DNA from: Eledone cirrhosa
Taxonomy: Eukaryota
NCBI GenBank assembly: GCA_964016885.1
Contig: OZ024742.1
Span: 123,566,001-123,630,000 of the forward strand
Direction: 5' to 3'
Length of the DNA: 64,000 bases
Every line of letters begins with the position of its first letter. Position 1 is the first letter of the stretch. Below the pieces are notes generated by a model, which was given only the letters and a program-made list of their open reading frames with translations, was not told where the DNA came from and did no database searches. Both the position numbers and the translations under genes were made by a program. Positions 26,192 through 40,104 of the stretch are shown here, in pieces.

Positions 26192-26403
26192 GGTGGATTG
26201 GCAGAGTTGGTAGAGCGTCGGACATGTTTTGTGACGTATAGTTACGTCCCTTTACGTTCTGGGTTCAAGTCCCGTGAGATTAGTTTTGCCTTTCATCCTT
26301 ACGGGGTCGATAAATAAAGCACCAGTAATGCACTGGGGTTGATTTAATCGATATTCCTCTTCCCAATATCGCTGACCTTGTGTCTATAGCAGAAATCATT
26401 ATT
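26192..26403 (+). mobile_element. Full-length older-type SINE family A
   Basis: 13-bp TSD ttactcctgttac at 26179-26191 and 26404-26416. Confidence 0.9.
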
Positions 26404-26533
26404 TTACTCCTGTTACAGAACAGCATAAAATGTTAAACAAATTTATGACCGGAATTGTTGGTGACATGTTGCTGCAATAATGTTTGGTATTTTACACTAT
26501 TTTCTCTTGAAAATGTAATCACAATTTACTTTT

Positions 26534-26592
26534 CCTTATTTTGTATATTCAATCAAACCTGATCCTTATTTTGTATATTCAATCAAACCTGA
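26534..26592. repeat. Short tandem duplication (2 x ~30 bp)
   Basis: ccttattttgtatattcaatcaaacctga occurs twice. Confidence 0.85.
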
Positions 26593-27282
26593 GCTTTTGT
26601 TCAGCATGTAAGATAGCTCTCTAAATATTAACATAATATTATTTACCTTGAATGTTTTCCATAAGCAAACAAATAAAAACACAGCTAAATTGTTTCAGAA
26701 AATCCAATTTTAGCTGTCATGGAAGGCTGCTTGTTTTGTATGTTCACAAGTTTTAAGACAGAAACTGTGTTTAGTTACATGTTTTATTTAAATAAGAAAA
26801 TATAAAGCGAAATACAATGACAATAACGTTAAATGACTATAATATAGTAACTGAAAAGTTTGTTTCGCAAACAACACGAAATTTACAAGATATTTATAGT
26901 TTTGATCATGGAAATTGTCAGCCACAAAATCAGAGGTTGATCTGTACAAGTTGTAGCAAGTATTGCAGCTATATCACGATGTTCCCTAACGATTAACTAT
27001 TCAAAAAAACATGTGAAGAAAAAATTGTATTTACAATTGCGTGAGTCATTAGATGTCATATGTGACTGAATAGGAAAACAAAATCACGAGTCGGCAATAA
27101 ATTAGGTGGCAAAATTTTACACATCTAGTTTGCAAATAATAAAATAAAACTAGTAATTGATATTGTTGAAGCAAACCTGTATTCTAGGAGATGCTTTCCG
27201 ATGATAGTTCTCATTAAAGCTATGTCTTTTTTTTATATAAGTTTACACTCAATTATTTTTTTTGAAATCACTCTAATATATG

Positions 27283-27430
27283 AGGTGGCGAATTGGCAGA
27301 GTCTTTAGAACGCTGGATAGAATGCTATGCAGTATTTGATTCGGCTCTCTGTTCTCCGCGTTCAAATACCACCGGAGACGCCTTTGTCGATGAAAAAGTA
27401 CCAGTCTAGTACTAGGATCGATTCCTTCTA
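27283..27430 (+). mobile_element. Diverged SINE
   Basis: ggcgaattggcagagtc...gttcaaatacc...gtcgatgaaaaagtaccagt. Confidence 0.6.
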
Positions 27431-28312
27431 CCTATATCTTTCTCATTTCCATTCTCTCACTTTTTCTATCCGTCTCTGGAGGAAATGAACTGTATTCTGA
27501 CCTGGAGATATGATGGGATTTGCCAGGTTTCAAAAATACCCTAGAAATGCTGTATGGTGATATGACCCACTTACGATATCCCAAGGTGTTACGGCAACAC
27601 TCATGACTATACATAGCTTTGCAGTGACTTTCCTTAAAGCCTGAACAATTATGAAAGAAAATCCTAACGGAGGACAAAGGACAACCCCACCTCATTTCTC
27701 TGATGTTCAAATGTCCATAGTCACGAACTTGGAATAAAGAGTGTGTCAATCTAGTTTTATTTAAAGTTCTATCTGACGTTATATATACTGTTATTATATG
27801 AAAGGGAGCCTTTACATGGCCGCTGAACCTGTTAAAAATAACTCCCCCTTCAAATTAAAATGAAGATATATTAGACCGAATGAGTTCCCGAATTAACTAA
27901 ACAGGCACACGCATCGGTTTCAAACTTACTAAACAAAGTTGTCTAGACGCCAAAACTCAGACAATTACCGTTTAAAAAACGTAAGAAAGAACGTAAGAAA
28001 GATAGATAAGAAATGAGGTTCATTAACGTGGATGAAGGTCAAGTTCTTTTGGGAACCCCAGAGAAACCTTTTAGTAGACAAGAGATACAATCACCAATAT
28101 CCCATGATCTTAAAAACTACGTGTAAGGGTGTCAAATTTAGATGGTTTATAAATTCACGCTGTAGCTTTCAACCGAAAGAACATAACTATTGAATAAATA
28201 TATCATAATCTATTAGAATAATTGGTGAGGTCCTTCTTTGATTACCCTTGCATTTAATTGCCTCCACAAAGTAGGAACCATTCTTTTATCTATCAATCTC
28301 GCCTCTCTCTCT

Positions 28313-28395
<83 letters not shown>

Positions 28396-28453
28396 ATGTA
28401 TATATATATATATATATATAGTTACAAGAATAGAGGTGTAACACACAAGTTAT

Positions 28454-28973
28454 TATATATTGGTAAACGGAATAGAAAATGCTGACAAATTGTTCACAGT
28501 TGAAAAATGGTTTAATTAGGAATAAAAGAGTATTAGTGATTGTATGGGTTAGTATTCAGTTGTGGTTTTAAGTTTTTAAGTTTTTACCGGTTGCGCATTT
28601 CTAAATGCTTTTCAAAAATAATTTTGAGATAGAGTGTCCGTGCTGTTTGCTCTGATCTGATTAGTTTTGGGAATTCTACCTGTTTTTATGTTAAAAAAGT
28701 GGCTCCAACGTTATTTTTGTGTTGCAAAAATGCTTGTGGTCAAAACAATTTTGATTGGTCGGTAGAGGTCATGTGAATGTAAAAAGTTGATTTTGCGCCA
28801 AGACTGTTTTTATGTTAAAAAAGTGGCTCCAGCAAAAATTCTTGGTCAAAACAATTTTGATTGGTCGGTAGAGGTCATGTGGAAAAAAATTTTTTTTGGG
28901 TTTTGCGCCAAGATTGAGAAATGACTCTTTCACAACAAATATGTGTGTGTGTGTATGTGTGTGTGTGTGTGTG

Positions 28974-29010
<37 letters not shown>

Positions 29011-29580
29011 AGTAGTAGTAGTAGTAAGGTGTTCGATGCTGCGACAATGGCCAGCAGCGATGTGTGTCAAATGGCTATTAAGATAAGTGTGTGTGTGTGT
29101 GTATAGCAGAGTAATTCAATGGTCAGTAAGAATGTGTCTGAAAGCAATGGGGGGTATTTTAGGATGTCAAAAGATATTTTTCAGCTTTTGTCTTATACGG
29201 AGAAGTGTGTGTGTATGTGTGTGTCTATGAGTCTCTTTGTATGTTGATGTACGCGTGTGTATGTGTTTGTGTATATATATATGTGTGTGTGTGTGTGGGT
29301 GGACCAGTATTTTTTTTTGCAACACAAAAATAACGCTGGAGCCACTTTTTTAACATAAAAACAGGTAGAATTCCCAAAACTAATCAGATCAGAGCAAACA
29401 GCACGGACACTCTATCTCAAAATTATTTTTGAAAAGCATTTAGAAATGCGCAACCGGTAAAAACTTAAAAACTTAAAACCACAACTGAATACTAACCCAT
29501 ACAATCACTAATACTCTTTTATTCCTAATTAAACCATGTTTCAACTGTAAACAATTTGTCAGCATTTTCTATTCCGTTTA

Positions 29581-29591
<11 letters not shown>
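28454..29591. repeat. Inverted-repeat element with ~275-bp near-identical arms, embedded in (TA)n
   Basis: 28454-28730 is the reverse complement of ~29312-29591. Internal direct repeats at 28680-28775 and 28804-28880, plus (TG)n tracts. Confidence 0.9.
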
Positions 29592-29637
<46 letters not shown>

Positions 29638-30602
29638 ATATATGTGTGTATATATATATATATATGCAGATTACCCGGTGTTACAATGTCCCCCCCATAT
29701 ATATATTTATAACCACAACCTTGGCTTTCATTTTGTGTTAGTGTATATATATATATATATAGTGACAATAAGAGATATACTAAAACATTGATTTACCAAT
29801 CTGCTGTTTTCAAGACAGACGAAAGATGCATAAACAAAATAGGTAGTGATGAAAGTGTAATGGGGGAAAGAGATGCTTGATGTATTTCATGAAGAAAAAG
29901 GATATTTAAAAGTATATAATAGTTGACGACTAAGAAACAATTTTGTGCTGGATAGACTACAGTTTAGTATTTTATTATGTAAAATATTTCTCTACGTTCG
30001 TTTGCTTCCAAAGAAAATGTTTACATGTGAAAGTTCTTCAACAATGTAACTGTAATATATTTTTAATAAATTTGAATTTTCTAATTTAAACAGGTATAGC
30101 AAAAGGTTTTAAAGTATATATTTTACTTTATTTTCATTTCGAATTTTGCACACTTACTGTTAAGTATTCTGTATTGACACATAGTGCGCCTATTTCGACT
30201 ATTTACATAGAGAGTTAATTGTATATATATTTCACGAACGTGGTTGCAGATGCAGAAGAGCCCAGATGCATTATATACGTATCACAAATTATTGATGAAT
30301 AATGGTTAAGAAATAAAGGGAATAGTTATTGATAAACAATCGTCACTGTTCGTTTTATAAATGCAAAATTGTCGTTTGTTGTATTATTCATTTTTATTTT
30401 AGAACTACATCGTATTATATATTGAAGGAATTTAGCAAGGAAAAATAGTTATCAGTTTTCTCTCCTGAATACATCCTTAAACGTCTCATTATTTTTTCTG
30501 AAATTTATTTCTAAAATGATATAAAGAAACGTTTCCATTCAAATAACTCTTTAAAATATACGAAGTCAACATTTAATAAAAATGATTATAACATTAGTCT
30601 AA

Positions 30603-30748
30603 TAATTGTTTCTACTTTTGTCACAAGGCCGGCAATTACCCAGTGCATTACTGGTACTTTATTTTATCGACCCCGTAAAGATGAAAGGCAAAGTTTACTT
30701 CGGCGGGATTTGATCTCAGACGATAAAGGACTGTAACTCTATGCTGCA
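30603..30748 (-). mobile_element. 5'-truncated SINE family A
   Basis: Reverse complement of the SINE core and tail. Confidence 0.85.
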
Positions 30749-32233
30749 TGAATCAATGCTTCTACAACGCGAACAAATATTGTGCAAATACATTACGAAC
30801 ACTGCGTCAGAAGGTCTCATCATATTTTCATATATTCAATTAGGTTGGAAATCTAGTATCATAAGCGGCAGTTGTTGAATATTTTAAATATCACATGTGA
30901 TGTAAAGGATTTAGTTAAGTGATCCAACACAGATGAAATAGTTGTTTGAATGAAACGATCAGACTTAATAGATAACAGAAACAGAGAACAACTTATAAAA
31001 TTTATTATATATAAAATCTGTTGAAGCATATATTAAAAAAGAATTCTCTCGAATTATAGGAATAACAAAAACGTAGTTGCTAGATTCATAGAAAGTGAAA
31101 TATATTATAGACAATCATAAAAGAAAACACCCATTAACGATGTTTGTTGTTGTAAAGACACTAACTTGAATAGACAAGGAATTAGCACAACTATAGCAAT
31201 CATGCTTTAATTTGCTTCTGTGTCGGCGTTACATATTTATAAATGCATCGTGTTTAAACAAAAAGCACCATCTCCCGCATTCGTTTCCCATTCGGTGTTT
31301 TATCGCACAATGTTAAAATTAACTGACATAAGTAACTTAATGAATTCATTACATACGCGGTATGAGAAAAGGTAGAAAATAGTATCGAAGATACTAAAGA
31401 GAACGAAAGAGTAAAAAGAGAAAGATATGGATGCAGTTGCCATTTAAGAGTGACACTATTTCACTTGATGCGCTCTTCTAATAGCCTTACGGAGGTTATG
31501 ATTACTAAAATTGATCTAGTATCTAATACATTCTTAAAATAAATAGTTATGTAGGTTGCATATTCTATAACATCAGCTGTTATATGTCAAAGTATATTTA
31601 TTAATATTTTAAATATGCATTCTTATTATTGCTTTAAGGGCAGCCTATATTTCAACGTGAGTCATATAAACATATTACAGAATTTTTCAAAATTAACAAT
31701 GCAAGAGATATTCTATAGATTTATAAAAAAATTATATCAATACATCCAGCGAAAATATTCCATATCAATGCAATGATTTTGTATGATAATTCTGGAATCA
31801 GCCACTCATTAATTAATCCTATTGTCTTTGTGAAAAAGCAAAGTTGGGCAAATGTAAGGAATTCATACCGTTCAGACGTCGAGGTTTGGATCTTAAAGTT
31901 CTTCGTATACATGAAAAATATTAAACATACTCACTTATGTATTTACACACACACACGCGCGTGCATTTAACATACATATGTATACACACATCCACTTACA
32001 CGATCGAAGTAGGGAAGCTATTTGATATGCATACAATACGCCTAAGCTCTTGGAAATATGATTCGTTTGCAGTATTCTATCTCTTGTCGATTCTCTCCTA
32101 AAACTGTGTGACAACTTCATATATTATTTCAGACAAAGGACATGCATTACATTCATTTATTCCCATAGAAAAACCTGGGATATATTCGTATCTTCAGTGT
32201 CATATGAATATGGAATGAAGAGTTAATTTATTA

Positions 32234-32440
32234 AGGCGACGAATTGGCAGAATCGTTCGAACGTCAGAGTGAATGCTTTGTGGTATTCATTTCGGTTCTC
32301 TGTTCACTGAGTTCAAACCGTTCTGAGGTTAACTTTGCCTTTCATACAGTCAAGGTCGATAGAAGAGTACTTCTAGTTCCGGGTCGATTCTTCATCAATA
32401 TATCTTTCTTACTTCCTCTCTCTTACGGGGTCTTGTGAAA
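32234..32440 (+). mobile_element. Diverged SINE
   Basis: gaattggcagaatcgtt...gagttcaaaccgttctgaggttaactttgcctttcat. Confidence 0.7.
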
Positions 32441-33168
32441 CTGAGAAAAATCAATCTGTAATCGCAGAAGTAAAAATAAAAAATAAAAAGTTACAACCAA
32501 AATAAAACAGGAAAATATGCAAAGATATTTACGTCATTATGTGGAACGAGAAGAACAATTTCTTACTATAAAAAACACTTTTGCTATGAAAAAATCATTG
32601 AACTAATATTCTATTTAGAATAGCCGAATGATTTGCAGCTACGAATTTGAAATTGATTTAAATAAAAGTAAAATTATTAAACGAAAACAATTGAAGGTAT
32701 TACTTTATTGTAAAAGTAACAATCAGGATAACATTACAAGTATTGTTATAATTATACATTGACAAGTATGCGTAAACGTGGATATATTGAATAAAACCAT
32801 TATTACATGTGTACATGTGTGCGTTTGTATCTGCTTGCACAAATGTATACATCCACATACATATACTCGCATATATACAAATATATATATATACATACAC
32901 TTACACACACGCGCACACATATACCCACACAATCACACACACATACATATGTATATATATATATATATATGTATATGTATGTGTGTGTGTGTGTGTATAT
33001 ATTTGCTCTACGGGCTTATTTATATATTTTTTATTATATATGCAATCCTTATCGAGTCTTGTTCGGATTTTGGTCTTCGTAAATATTATTACTATATATA
33101 TATATTACGTAATCTGAGATTTTCAATTATCAATAATACTATTCGATTCGTTTGCAATTATGCATATA

Positions 33169-33224
<56 letters not shown>

Positions 33225-33255
33225 ATGTAGGAAGGTAACACATGTGTTGATATAT

Positions 33256-33670
33256 ATAAAAACAAATAGTAGAAAGGAAAAGATTTTTACAGTAGATAAT
33301 GTTGAAGAGATTTTTTTCAGTGAAGTATCAAAATATTAATTTATTTACAATACCGGCTTCAGCATTATATGGATCGTCAATTGCGGATATGCAGAATATT
33401 GTTAAGCTGCATATTTGTAAAAATAGGATAATAATAATAATCAAAATAGAAAGGGAAAGGAAAATTAAATTTCACATACATGTTCATTCAGATAAGAGAA
33501 TTAATTTCTCTGTCCATCTTTCTCTGCTAATATCCTGCATATACGCAATTGACAATGCATATAACGCTGAAACCGGTATTTAAAATAAATTAATGTTTTG
33601 ATATTTCACTGAAAATTTCTCTTCAACATTTTCTAATGAAATAATCTTCCTTTCTACTATTTGTTTATAC
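33256..33670. repeat. Inverted repeat (~145-bp arms) with decayed minimal hammerhead motifs; probably an inverted Penelope pLTR pair
   Basis: 33256-33400 is the reverse complement of 33529-33670; a third partial copy lies at 33947-33995. Arms read gcaa-TTGAC(G/A)A-t(g/c)catataa(c/t)gct-GAA(A/G)-CCGG-TA-tt then AATAAA. Confidence 0.8.
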
Positions 33671-33756
<86 letters not shown>

Positions 33757-33901
33757 GTATATATATATATATATAACGAAGGAAATGTGGTAAGGAACCA
33801 GATGGACCATAACGCACCAAAGTACTCAATACTTATGGTAATTTTAGTCCAGAATTAGCCGTCGAAATGCCTTGAGCTCAGCCGTCGGGGTCCTACTCGT
33901 T

Positions 33902-33950
<49 letters not shown>

Positions 33951-34189
33951 AAATAGTAGAAAGGAAGAAGATTTTTTTCAGTAGAAAATGTTGATATATA
34001 TGTATATATTTAAATGTTGATATATATGTATATATATAAATGTATATATATATACATATATATATATATACATATATATATACATATATATATAAACATA
34101 TATATATATATACATATATATATACATATCTCTCTCTCTCCCTCTCTCTCTCTATATATATATATAATATATATATCTATATATCTATA

Positions 34190-34235
<46 letters not shown>

Positions 34236-34273
34236 CATATATATACAAATAAAGATATATAAATATATATCTG

Positions 34274-34329
<56 letters not shown>

Positions 34330-34339
<10 letters not shown>

Positions 34340-35244
34340 CAATATCGGAGAAAGCTTTTTAGCGATACTCCGGCCAAATTGCAACTCACTCAACAAACAT
34401 TAGAAAATAAGTGATTATATTCCCAATTATGCGTTCGGGGTGCTAACTAAAAGTAATGCGTGGAAAATTGGCTGTATTATTTCATATGAGACATATCGAA
34501 TATATCTCTTCCCAGACGGACGTCTCGTTTCATTATAGGATTCCTACAATTTGGGTGAAATTATACCAATTTATGTAGGAGCTCGTATACCATCAATAGA
34601 TATATATTCAAGTGGGCTCCTATAATTCATCAGTGGGTGCCCCAATAATACTAATATTGATAATCTAACCAACATCAGTATTTAGCGATAATCATCATCT
34701 GTGCCTGAGGTATCTGTCAGGATGCCAGTCCAGCAGTTCTAATGAAGTGCTCAAACTGATTCCAAAATGAGGAAGTAAATTACCGCCAAAAAAAAACAAT
34801 ACATGCGCATGACAATGAACTCTGAAAGGAATTCAGGCCACGTGCTAAGAACTCAATTGGGAATTGAAAAAATATCTATGTGTGTACAAAATTTGATGAC
34901 ACTCACAGATATTTTCTCGGGCAAAATAACAGAATGATATATAAGGAACAATCAATATTCATATATAAAAAATAAACAAAGAAATGCTAACCTTATACCG
35001 GGAAATTCAATTCTGCTGCGCCAAGAGTAAATAAATAAATACAATATCGGAGAAAGCTTTTTAGCGATACTCCGGCCAAATTCCAACTCACTCAACAAAC
35101 ATTAGGAAATAAGTGATTATATTCCCAATTATGCGTTCGGGGTGCTAACTAACAGTATTGCGTGGAAAATTGGCTGTATTATTTCATATGAGACATATCG
35201 AATATATCTCTTCCCAGACGGACGTCTCGTTTCATTATAGGATT
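34330..35244 (-). mobile_element. Non-coding partial-tandem element with a hammerhead (retrozyme-like or non-autonomous PLE); 702-bp period
   Basis: 34330-34542 recurs at 35032-35244. Full HHR in the first repeat and only the 3' half in the second. Flanked by (TA)n. Confidence 0.75.
34511..34637 (-). ncRNA. Type I hammerhead ribozyme with a 77-nt stem II insertion
   Basis: Minus strand: CCCA-CUGAUGA-AUUAUAGGA[77 nt]UCCUAUAAU-GAAA-CG(AGACGUC)CG-UC-UGGG. Canonical core, 9-bp stem II, GUC cleavage triplet. Confidence 0.85.
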
Positions 35245-35304
35245 ATATATATATAAATAAAAATAAATATATATAAATAAATAAATATATATATATAAAA
35301 ATAA

Positions 35305-35368
35305 AGAAGATCTCGTTAAGGCTGAAAGCAGCGATTCTTTGCTTAAACTTTAATCTGTTATTTTAATA
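35305..35368 (+). mobile_element. Fragment of the Helitron family at 3993-5583
   Basis: gttaaggctgaaagcagcgattctttgcttaaactttaatctgttattttaata matches ~4450-4502 and ~5069-5121. Confidence 0.75.
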
Positions 35369-37576
35369 AAAAATAAATATATATATAAATAAATAAATAA
35401 TTAAATATAAATATATATATACGTATATATATATAACTATATATATATATATCCACTCTCCATAAATCTAAACATTAAACATCTTGAAGATTTAGAACAC
35501 ACATTTATGGATGCCTATGAAATATCCGATATTAAGTTACTATTGTAATATGAAATTTTAATTAATATTTGAAATTTCTCATTGAATTGGTACATTTGTA
35601 TTAAAAAGTTTCAGGCAACAGAAGAAACAATATGCATATTCTGTTTGAATTTTGATTACATTTAATTCAGTTTCATTTCTGAAATTATATATGCTAAAGC
35701 GATACTCAAACAACCATTCGAATTAATAATGAAATATTCCAGGAAATAATCAATTGGTATAGGTGTAGACGAGTGATTAATAAGCTGTCTGGAAGTCTAT
35801 TGGCTGACCAACCTCTTTTCATGTGTAGTGGACCTACTTTCTTGCTCTGTTTTACAACACTAGTTTCTTTTCGTGCTTGCGGTCTCTATATGTTAACGAC
35901 TTAGAGTTAATTTCTCCATTTCTGCTATATCTAACGGACGCCCTTTAACTGTTATAGCCCCTTCTCCTCTAAGTTAACTAAGGAAGTAAAAAGATTAATG
36001 TATTATACCTCATGTGAAATACAGTCTACATTGGAGTTATCTGAAGAGATGTATCCATTTAAATGGAAATATCCATGAGTCTGTATTTTGATATAGACAA
36101 GCGTGCGAGCAATGCATAGTTTTCTATTAGTCTGTGTGTTGTCTTATATTTACAGTAAATAACTGATTGGGTTTCGGGTCTAGATGAGTTTGATAAAAAG
36201 ATCAAACGAGTGTAGCATGCGCAGCGGTAGACGAGGCGGGTATCGGGTGGCTGCTATCGGCTGTTGATCCCACACGTATACACACGCATCTTCAAACAAC
36301 CATCCACTCTTCTTCCTGGAATTTTCAATGAAAAAATGCTTCGTTCTAGGACTTTCCTTAAAGAAACGTACATAATCAATTTACTTTATGTGGCATTCCT
36401 CATTATAATACATCTTAACATAAATAGTTAAATAGTTAAATGCATTCTATCTATGAACTATCACTTGTAACTAATAATGTAATAGGACATACCATCTATT
36501 TATTTTGATGCCTTTCTGAAATATCTCAACGCATTCTCACTTGAGATTTGTATATTTGAGTTCAATCTATTTAAATATACATTTTAACGTCGGATTGCTC
36601 TTAAGGTAATAAATTTGCTTTTCTTTTGGATGTTTAATGTTTGTATGTTTTGAATGTCAGACTTAAAAAATCATATAATGCAACAATGTATTTTCCATAA
36701 ATTATAAATCTAGATATTATATTCACTAACACTACAAATTTAATAAAAAGCAATATTCTGCAAGCTACGCTGTTGAAATTATCAGCCTTCTACAAAGCTG
36801 CTGACTATTAAAGTATCTCCTAGTACAGATACATTTTAAAGTTAAATGTTCATCATTGTTCATATTAGTTTCCTTCTAATACTTTAAGCTTCATTTCAAT
36901 CGATGTAATTAAGAAAATTGACACTCCTAAATTAATTGTACCAACAAATTGCTGAACGATAAATGATCGAATAGCAATAATAATTAGTCAGTGAACCTGT
37001 TAGAAAAAAAAGGCAATAATTAAAGACCAAATTCTGAAAATTTTAGAGATTGAAGAGAACATTATTAAAGGAATTAAATCATTGAAATAATGAAGATTCT
37101 TTGAAATGGTTACATCATTTTATAATGTTATTTGAACACAATGATAACGTTTCGTGGAATATATACTGAAGCAAAAATATCGAGTATAGAGTTAATACAA
37201 ATATTGATGTGCCCATGCTCAGAAATGCTATAAAATAACTTTAAAAAATAGGGTAACTTCTTTTCCTGTATTTTAAGTGTCCCCCCCCCCACACTCTCAC
37301 TCTCTCCTCTCTTTTTCTTCTTCTCCCCCTTCTCTCTTTTTCCCAGACACACATACTCACCCACACATGTAGATAGTTATATAATTTCTTACACAAATTC
37401 AAATATTTCAAGATATCCAACAGTGTTGATTTCATTACGAACAATTTTGGTATAGTTAGAGCCTTCCATCTGTCTTTTGTCTGTCAGGGATTCTGCCTGT
37501 ATATATATATATATGTTGACTTAATACCAGTGATCTTCGTTACTTTTTTATTATATTATATTATACACACACACAC

Positions 37577-37674
<98 letters not shown>

Positions 37675-38145
37675 ACATACATATTACATACACGTTCTTG
37701 CATACAGGTTGTCCGCCAAAAATAAATACGCACATTTATCAGAATGCTGTTGAAGTACGTAGACATGTTTTGGGACAAATGTATATATAGGTACATATAT
37801 GCAGGAAAAATTCCCGGCAGAAAGAACCCACGTGAAAGGCTATATAACACCTCTCTACAGAGGAATATTACAGCAGTGGATATTTATATGACACGTGATG
37901 TGGAACCTATATATTTATATATACATATATTATCAAAATCAATAAGGCAACGATGATATAAAACGGACGCGCGTTTCGTTGAGCGAAACTATTTTATTCA
38001 ACTTACATTGGAATAAGTTGAGTTCGCATGGTCTTGTGTTTCTCCGTGTTGTTTACGCTGTAGTACAGAATCTAATAATGTATTAAAACTAGTCACATGG
38101 ACTGTTTGATCTAGACCTAAGGTGCCTTTGCCAAACTATTACAAC

Positions 38146-38190
<45 letters not shown>

Positions 38191-39601
38191 ATATAGTGTG
38201 TGTGTGAGTGTAAGCGTATATATATATATATAGTATGTAAGTGTATATATAATCTACGATTTTAAAGCAAAAATAGGATATATAGATCATTGCTCATTTA
38301 CACTAGTCATGTTCACAGATAAATCACCGGGGAGAAATACCTTTCGTTCTTATTTATATTGTATTGGAATTAGTAAATCCTTAAACCATTGCACTACTAG
38401 AAATATATTTCTAGAAAAATGAGATAGATATTATTTTGAAAATATGCATGTTATACTGATAAATGTTAAGTTTCTCTGCCTTGATAACATGGGTTCAATT
38501 GTAATTGAATGGTCATATTAAGGACCGCATGGAAATGAATGCTGATAATTTCGCGTTTCTGTGACTCCATGCAATTACATTAATTGGACTTGTTCTTATT
38601 TAACTACATTGGAAATACAAAGTGTTTGTTGGGGATGTTTTTGTATGCCGATATAGTTATCGCTCATTCATACATTGAAGGCGAAATTTTAATCAAATTG
38701 GATTGAGTTTTCTCAATAATTGACTTATTAACTTTTGTATCGATTTTCATCGAAATACATTCTACCATTTGGTTATTCATGGACATTTTTATGATTTCCA
38801 AAGGAGAAAAAATATCAAATTAAATTTTCTAAATACTTCAGAAATGTAGAACCCTTCAGGTCATCAGTAAATATCTGAATTGGTGGCATCATGTGTAATC
38901 AATATGAAGAACATTTCGATTATAATTTGATGGATTCCTTTTCAAATCAATACATGCTAATGTGACATGATGTCGAAAAGCTTACACATTTTGCAACAAG
39001 CTCCGCATGACGAAAGGAGAGTTTGTGTAATTAATCTGTCTTTGTAGTTTCCTGCTACAAAGTTATGACTATGTATGTGGCACACTACATTAACAAATAT
39101 ATAACGAACCGTATATACGTGAATACACAACATAATTTACGTAATTAAGCATCGAAAATTGATTCGCTCAACAAAACGATGGAGGAGCGTGTATGTCTCT
39201 GTGACTACTGAAAGCTATAGCTGAGGTTGTTTATTCCATTGGTAGGTCTTACGAGGCCGGACTAGTTTCAGAGTAAATGCTAAAGAGAATCGAGAACTTG
39301 GTCCGCATGATTTGGTGTGGTAATGCGTCCTACAACCCAACCACTAAGGAATTAATTTTTTTATGGAAACATCACCAACAAAAGAAATTCTGGGCTCACT
39401 GATAGACTTGAATGACTATCCTTAATGAAATACTACAACGATAATCTACTTGGGCCCTAAGTGTACATACAAATATAGGCGTAGAATATGTGTATCATGT
39501 ATATATCATCGACACAACCTATATGTAGAGTAAAAGAGGTGGTAGCACCTGATGGCTCAGCTATTCTGTAATCAGGATATGAGAATACTAACTAGAGGTT
39601 T

Positions 39602-39674
<73 letters not shown>

Positions 39675-39689
39675 TATAAATTATGTCCT

Positions 39690-40085
39690 TAGAATTATTT
39701 GATAAGATATATACTCAATTTCCTCTCCCAATTAGAATAATCAACCACACAAAAAAAAAATTAAAACAGGCTATAAGATTAAGGCACCTGTGAAGAAATA
39801 ATAGATAAATAAGCGATAGGCATTTATTCGCAATCAACAGCCATATAATATTTACCCATCATTTCAATAGCACGTGGAAATCGATTAAATATATCGTCAG
39901 CCATTCACAATTAGGTATAAAATTAAAGTTAGAAGAAAAAATGCATATACACATACCAGGATCACGTTTCTACCGTTAGGGTTTCGTTCGCTTTCGGAAA
40001 TATCCTATCAAGGATAAATTCTCGAGCTTCGAACTCATCAGGAAACAAACTCACTTGGACAAAGATTTTTCTTAAATCTTCCCCA
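39690..40085 (-). mobile_element. Hammerhead-bearing repeat family (pLTR-like), homologous to 55765-56075 and 56355-56570
   Basis: Shared blocks such as ctcccaat(t/c)ag(a/c)ataat, atcaacagcca and tcatcaggaaacaaactca; abuts (TA)n. Confidence 0.7.
39966..40046 (-). ncRNA. Type I hammerhead ribozyme with extended stem II
   Basis: Minus strand: GUUUC-CUGAUGA-GUUCG[39 nt including hairpin UAUCCU/AGGAUA]CGAAC-GAAA-CC(CUAAC)GG-UA-GAAAC. Cleavage triplet GUA. Confidence 0.85.
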
Positions 40086-40104
40086 AATATATATGTAAAT
40101 AAAT

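Noticed and set aside
36179-36215. CTAGATGA-GTTTGAT(aaaaag)ATCAAAC-GAG hammerhead-like hairpin
   Set aside because: The core has an insertion, GAAA is absent, and there is no stem I or III
37961-38005. Minus-strand GUUGA...UCAAC-GAAA-CGCGCG-UC half-hammerhead
   Set aside because: No CUGANGA core or matching stem I strand found upstream
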